32,000 nt of DNA, taken from Candidatus Saccharimonadota bacterium. GTDB lineage: Bacteria; Patescibacteriota; Saccharimonadia; Saccharimonadales; Saccharimonadaceae. Position 1 is the stretch's first letter. Every line of letters begins with the position of its first letter. The notes under the pieces were generated by a model. It was given only the letters and a program-made list of their open reading frames with translations, searched no databases and was not told the origin of the DNA. The stretch covers positions 330,001-362,000 of the forward strand of contig CP075337.1 of assembly GCA_025349965.1 (NCBI GenBank), read 5' to 3'. Of the stretch, positions 30,926 through 32,000 are shown piece after piece. Both the position numbers and the translations under genes were made by a program.

Positions 30926-32000
30926 ATGGCAGCAAAAGACGTCCCACTAAAGGACTATCGCAATATTGGTATTATCGCCCATATTGACGCAGGTAAGACA
31001 ACAACAACCGAAGGTATCTTGTACCGTACTGGTATCAACCACAAGATCGGTCTTGTGAAGGGTGATGATCCAGCTGGTGCAACAACTGACTGGATGGCAC
31101 AGGAAAAAGAGCGTGGTATTACTATTACCTCAGCTGCTGTAACTGCATTCTGGAAGGGTCACAAGATTAACATCATTGACACTCCAGGTCACATCGACTT
31201 TACCGCAGAGGTAGAGCGTTCACTTCGTGTACTCGACGGCGCGGTAACTGTCTTTGACGGCAAGATGGGTGTTGAGGCTCAGACTGAAACTGTATGGCGC
31301 CAAGCAAACAAGTACGGCGTGCCTCGTATCTGTTTCATCAACAAGATCAACCAAATAGGTGGTGATTTCTGGAAGAGCCTTGAATCTATTCACAAGCGTC
31401 TTTCTAAGCAAGCGTTCCCAATTCACATTCCTATTGGATTTGAAAAAGACATCAACGGTGTTGTTGACCTTATCGACATGAAGGCATACACCTACTCTGA
31501 TTACGCTGATAAGGAGCTTATCCCAGGTGAAATCCCAGCAGACATGCTTGAGCGCGCAAAGAACGCTCGTAGCCTTCTTGTAGAAAACGCTGTTGAAGCC
31601 GACGATGAGCTTATGATGAAGTTCCTCGACGAAGGTGAAGATGCAATTACTACTGAAGAACTTAAGTCTGCACTCCGTAAGCGTGTCCTTGCTGGTGACT
31701 TCTTCCTTGTTACTGGTGGTGACGGACGTGGTGTAATCGTTGAAAAGGTGCTTGACCTTGTTGCCGATTACCTCCCATCTCCACTCGACATTGAAGCCGC
31801 TCAAGGTGTAAACCCAAAAACTGGCAACGTTGAAGAGCGTAAGTCTGATTCAAGTGAACCGCTTGCGGCGCTTGCATTCAAGATTGCAACTGACCCATTT
31901 GTTGGTAAGCTTATCTTCATCCGCGTATACTCTGGTGTGCTTAAGGCTGGTAGCTACGTACTCAACACCACTTCAGGTGAAAAAGAGCGCGTTGGACGTA
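30926..32000 (+). CDS. fusA: Elongation factor G (5' part; continues beyond the window end)
   Basis: My own translation from ATG 30926 reads [29 protein letters not shown]...[10 protein letters not shown]...[25 protein letters not shown]...[21 protein letters not shown]...DYLPSPLD...[25 protein letters not shown]. The frame stays open to nt 32000. It is not in the supplied ORF track because no stop is reached. Confidence 0.95.
   Translation, partial: MAAKDVPLKDYRNIGIIAHIDAGKTTTTEGILYRTGINHKIGLVKGDDPAGATTDWMAQEKERGITITSAAVTAFWKGHKINIIDTPGHIDFTAEVERSLRVLDGAVTVFDGKMGVEAQTETVWRQANKYGVPRICFINKINQIGGDFWKSLESIHKRLSKQAFPIHIPIGFEKDINGVVDLIDMKAYTYSDYADKELIPGEIPADMLERAKNARSLLVENAVEADDELMMKFLDEGEDAITTEELKSALRKRVLAGDFFLVTGGDGRGVIVEKVLDLVADYLPSPLDIEAAQGVNPKTGNVEERKSDSSEPLAALAFKIATDPFVGKLIFIRVYSGVLKAGSYVLNTTSGEKERVGR

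Noticed and set aside
31220-31804. 194-aa minus-strand ORF in the supplied track.
   Set aside because: It lies entirely antisense to the clearly recognisable EF-G coding frame (30926 onward). It has no RBS or promoter and its sequence is low-information, so I treat it as a shadow ORF.
1-32000. Window-wide check for CRISPR arrays, IS or transposase genes, integrases, rRNA genes and recognised defence-system genes.
   Set aside because: I saw no regularly spaced direct repeats, no DDE, serine or tyrosine recombinase motifs, no rRNA-like sequence, and no recognisable restriction, Cas, abortive-infection or toxin domains in any long ORF.

Overview
This is a gene-dense, almost entirely plus-strand chromosomal window from a small-genome bacterium with Gram-positive-type gene organisation. 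Hand-counted GC in a 160-nt stretch of rpoB is about 46%. The class A PBP, a type IV pilin, many small orphan genes and TGnTATAAT extended -10 promoters fit a Patescibacteria/Saccharibacteria-like lineage, but that placement is inference only.

Gene order:
- a partial CDS
- PBP1A (minus strand)
- tyrS, recG, a Zn-phospholipase-C-like protein, rsmD
- two orphans
- tRNA-Leu(UAG) (minus strand) with a 5'-half pseudo-copy in its leader
- FAD-linked oxidase, SpoU-type methyltransferase, hisS, tig, clpP
- an orphan and a 60%-GC mini-ORF
- rpoB, rpoC
- two small paralogous high-GC orphans
- an AbrB-like regulator plus a DHA2 MFS pump
- rpsL, rpsG
- a four-gene insert (orphan, type IV pilin fused to a FISUMP domain, yajQ, acidic orphan)
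- fusA, partial; it is absent from the ORF track because it runs off the window end

I saw no rRNA, CRISPR array, transposase or integrase.

The strongest observations are canonical motifs lost from essential machinery:
- RpoC lacks all eight Zn-ligand cysteines.
- EF-G has NKIN in place of NKxD, plus a diverged G5 motif.
- TyrRS has TIGN in place of HIGH.
- S12 carries Lys-to-Pro at the streptomycin-resistance hotspot.

Other notable points are interruptions of the conserved rpoBC-rpsLG-fusA backbone by accessory cassettes, a pilin-lectin-like fusion, a structured rpoB leader, and many genes whose ATG lies 6-10 nt after a -10 box, which suggests leaderless mRNAs. I could not assign a known defence or mobile system to any block.
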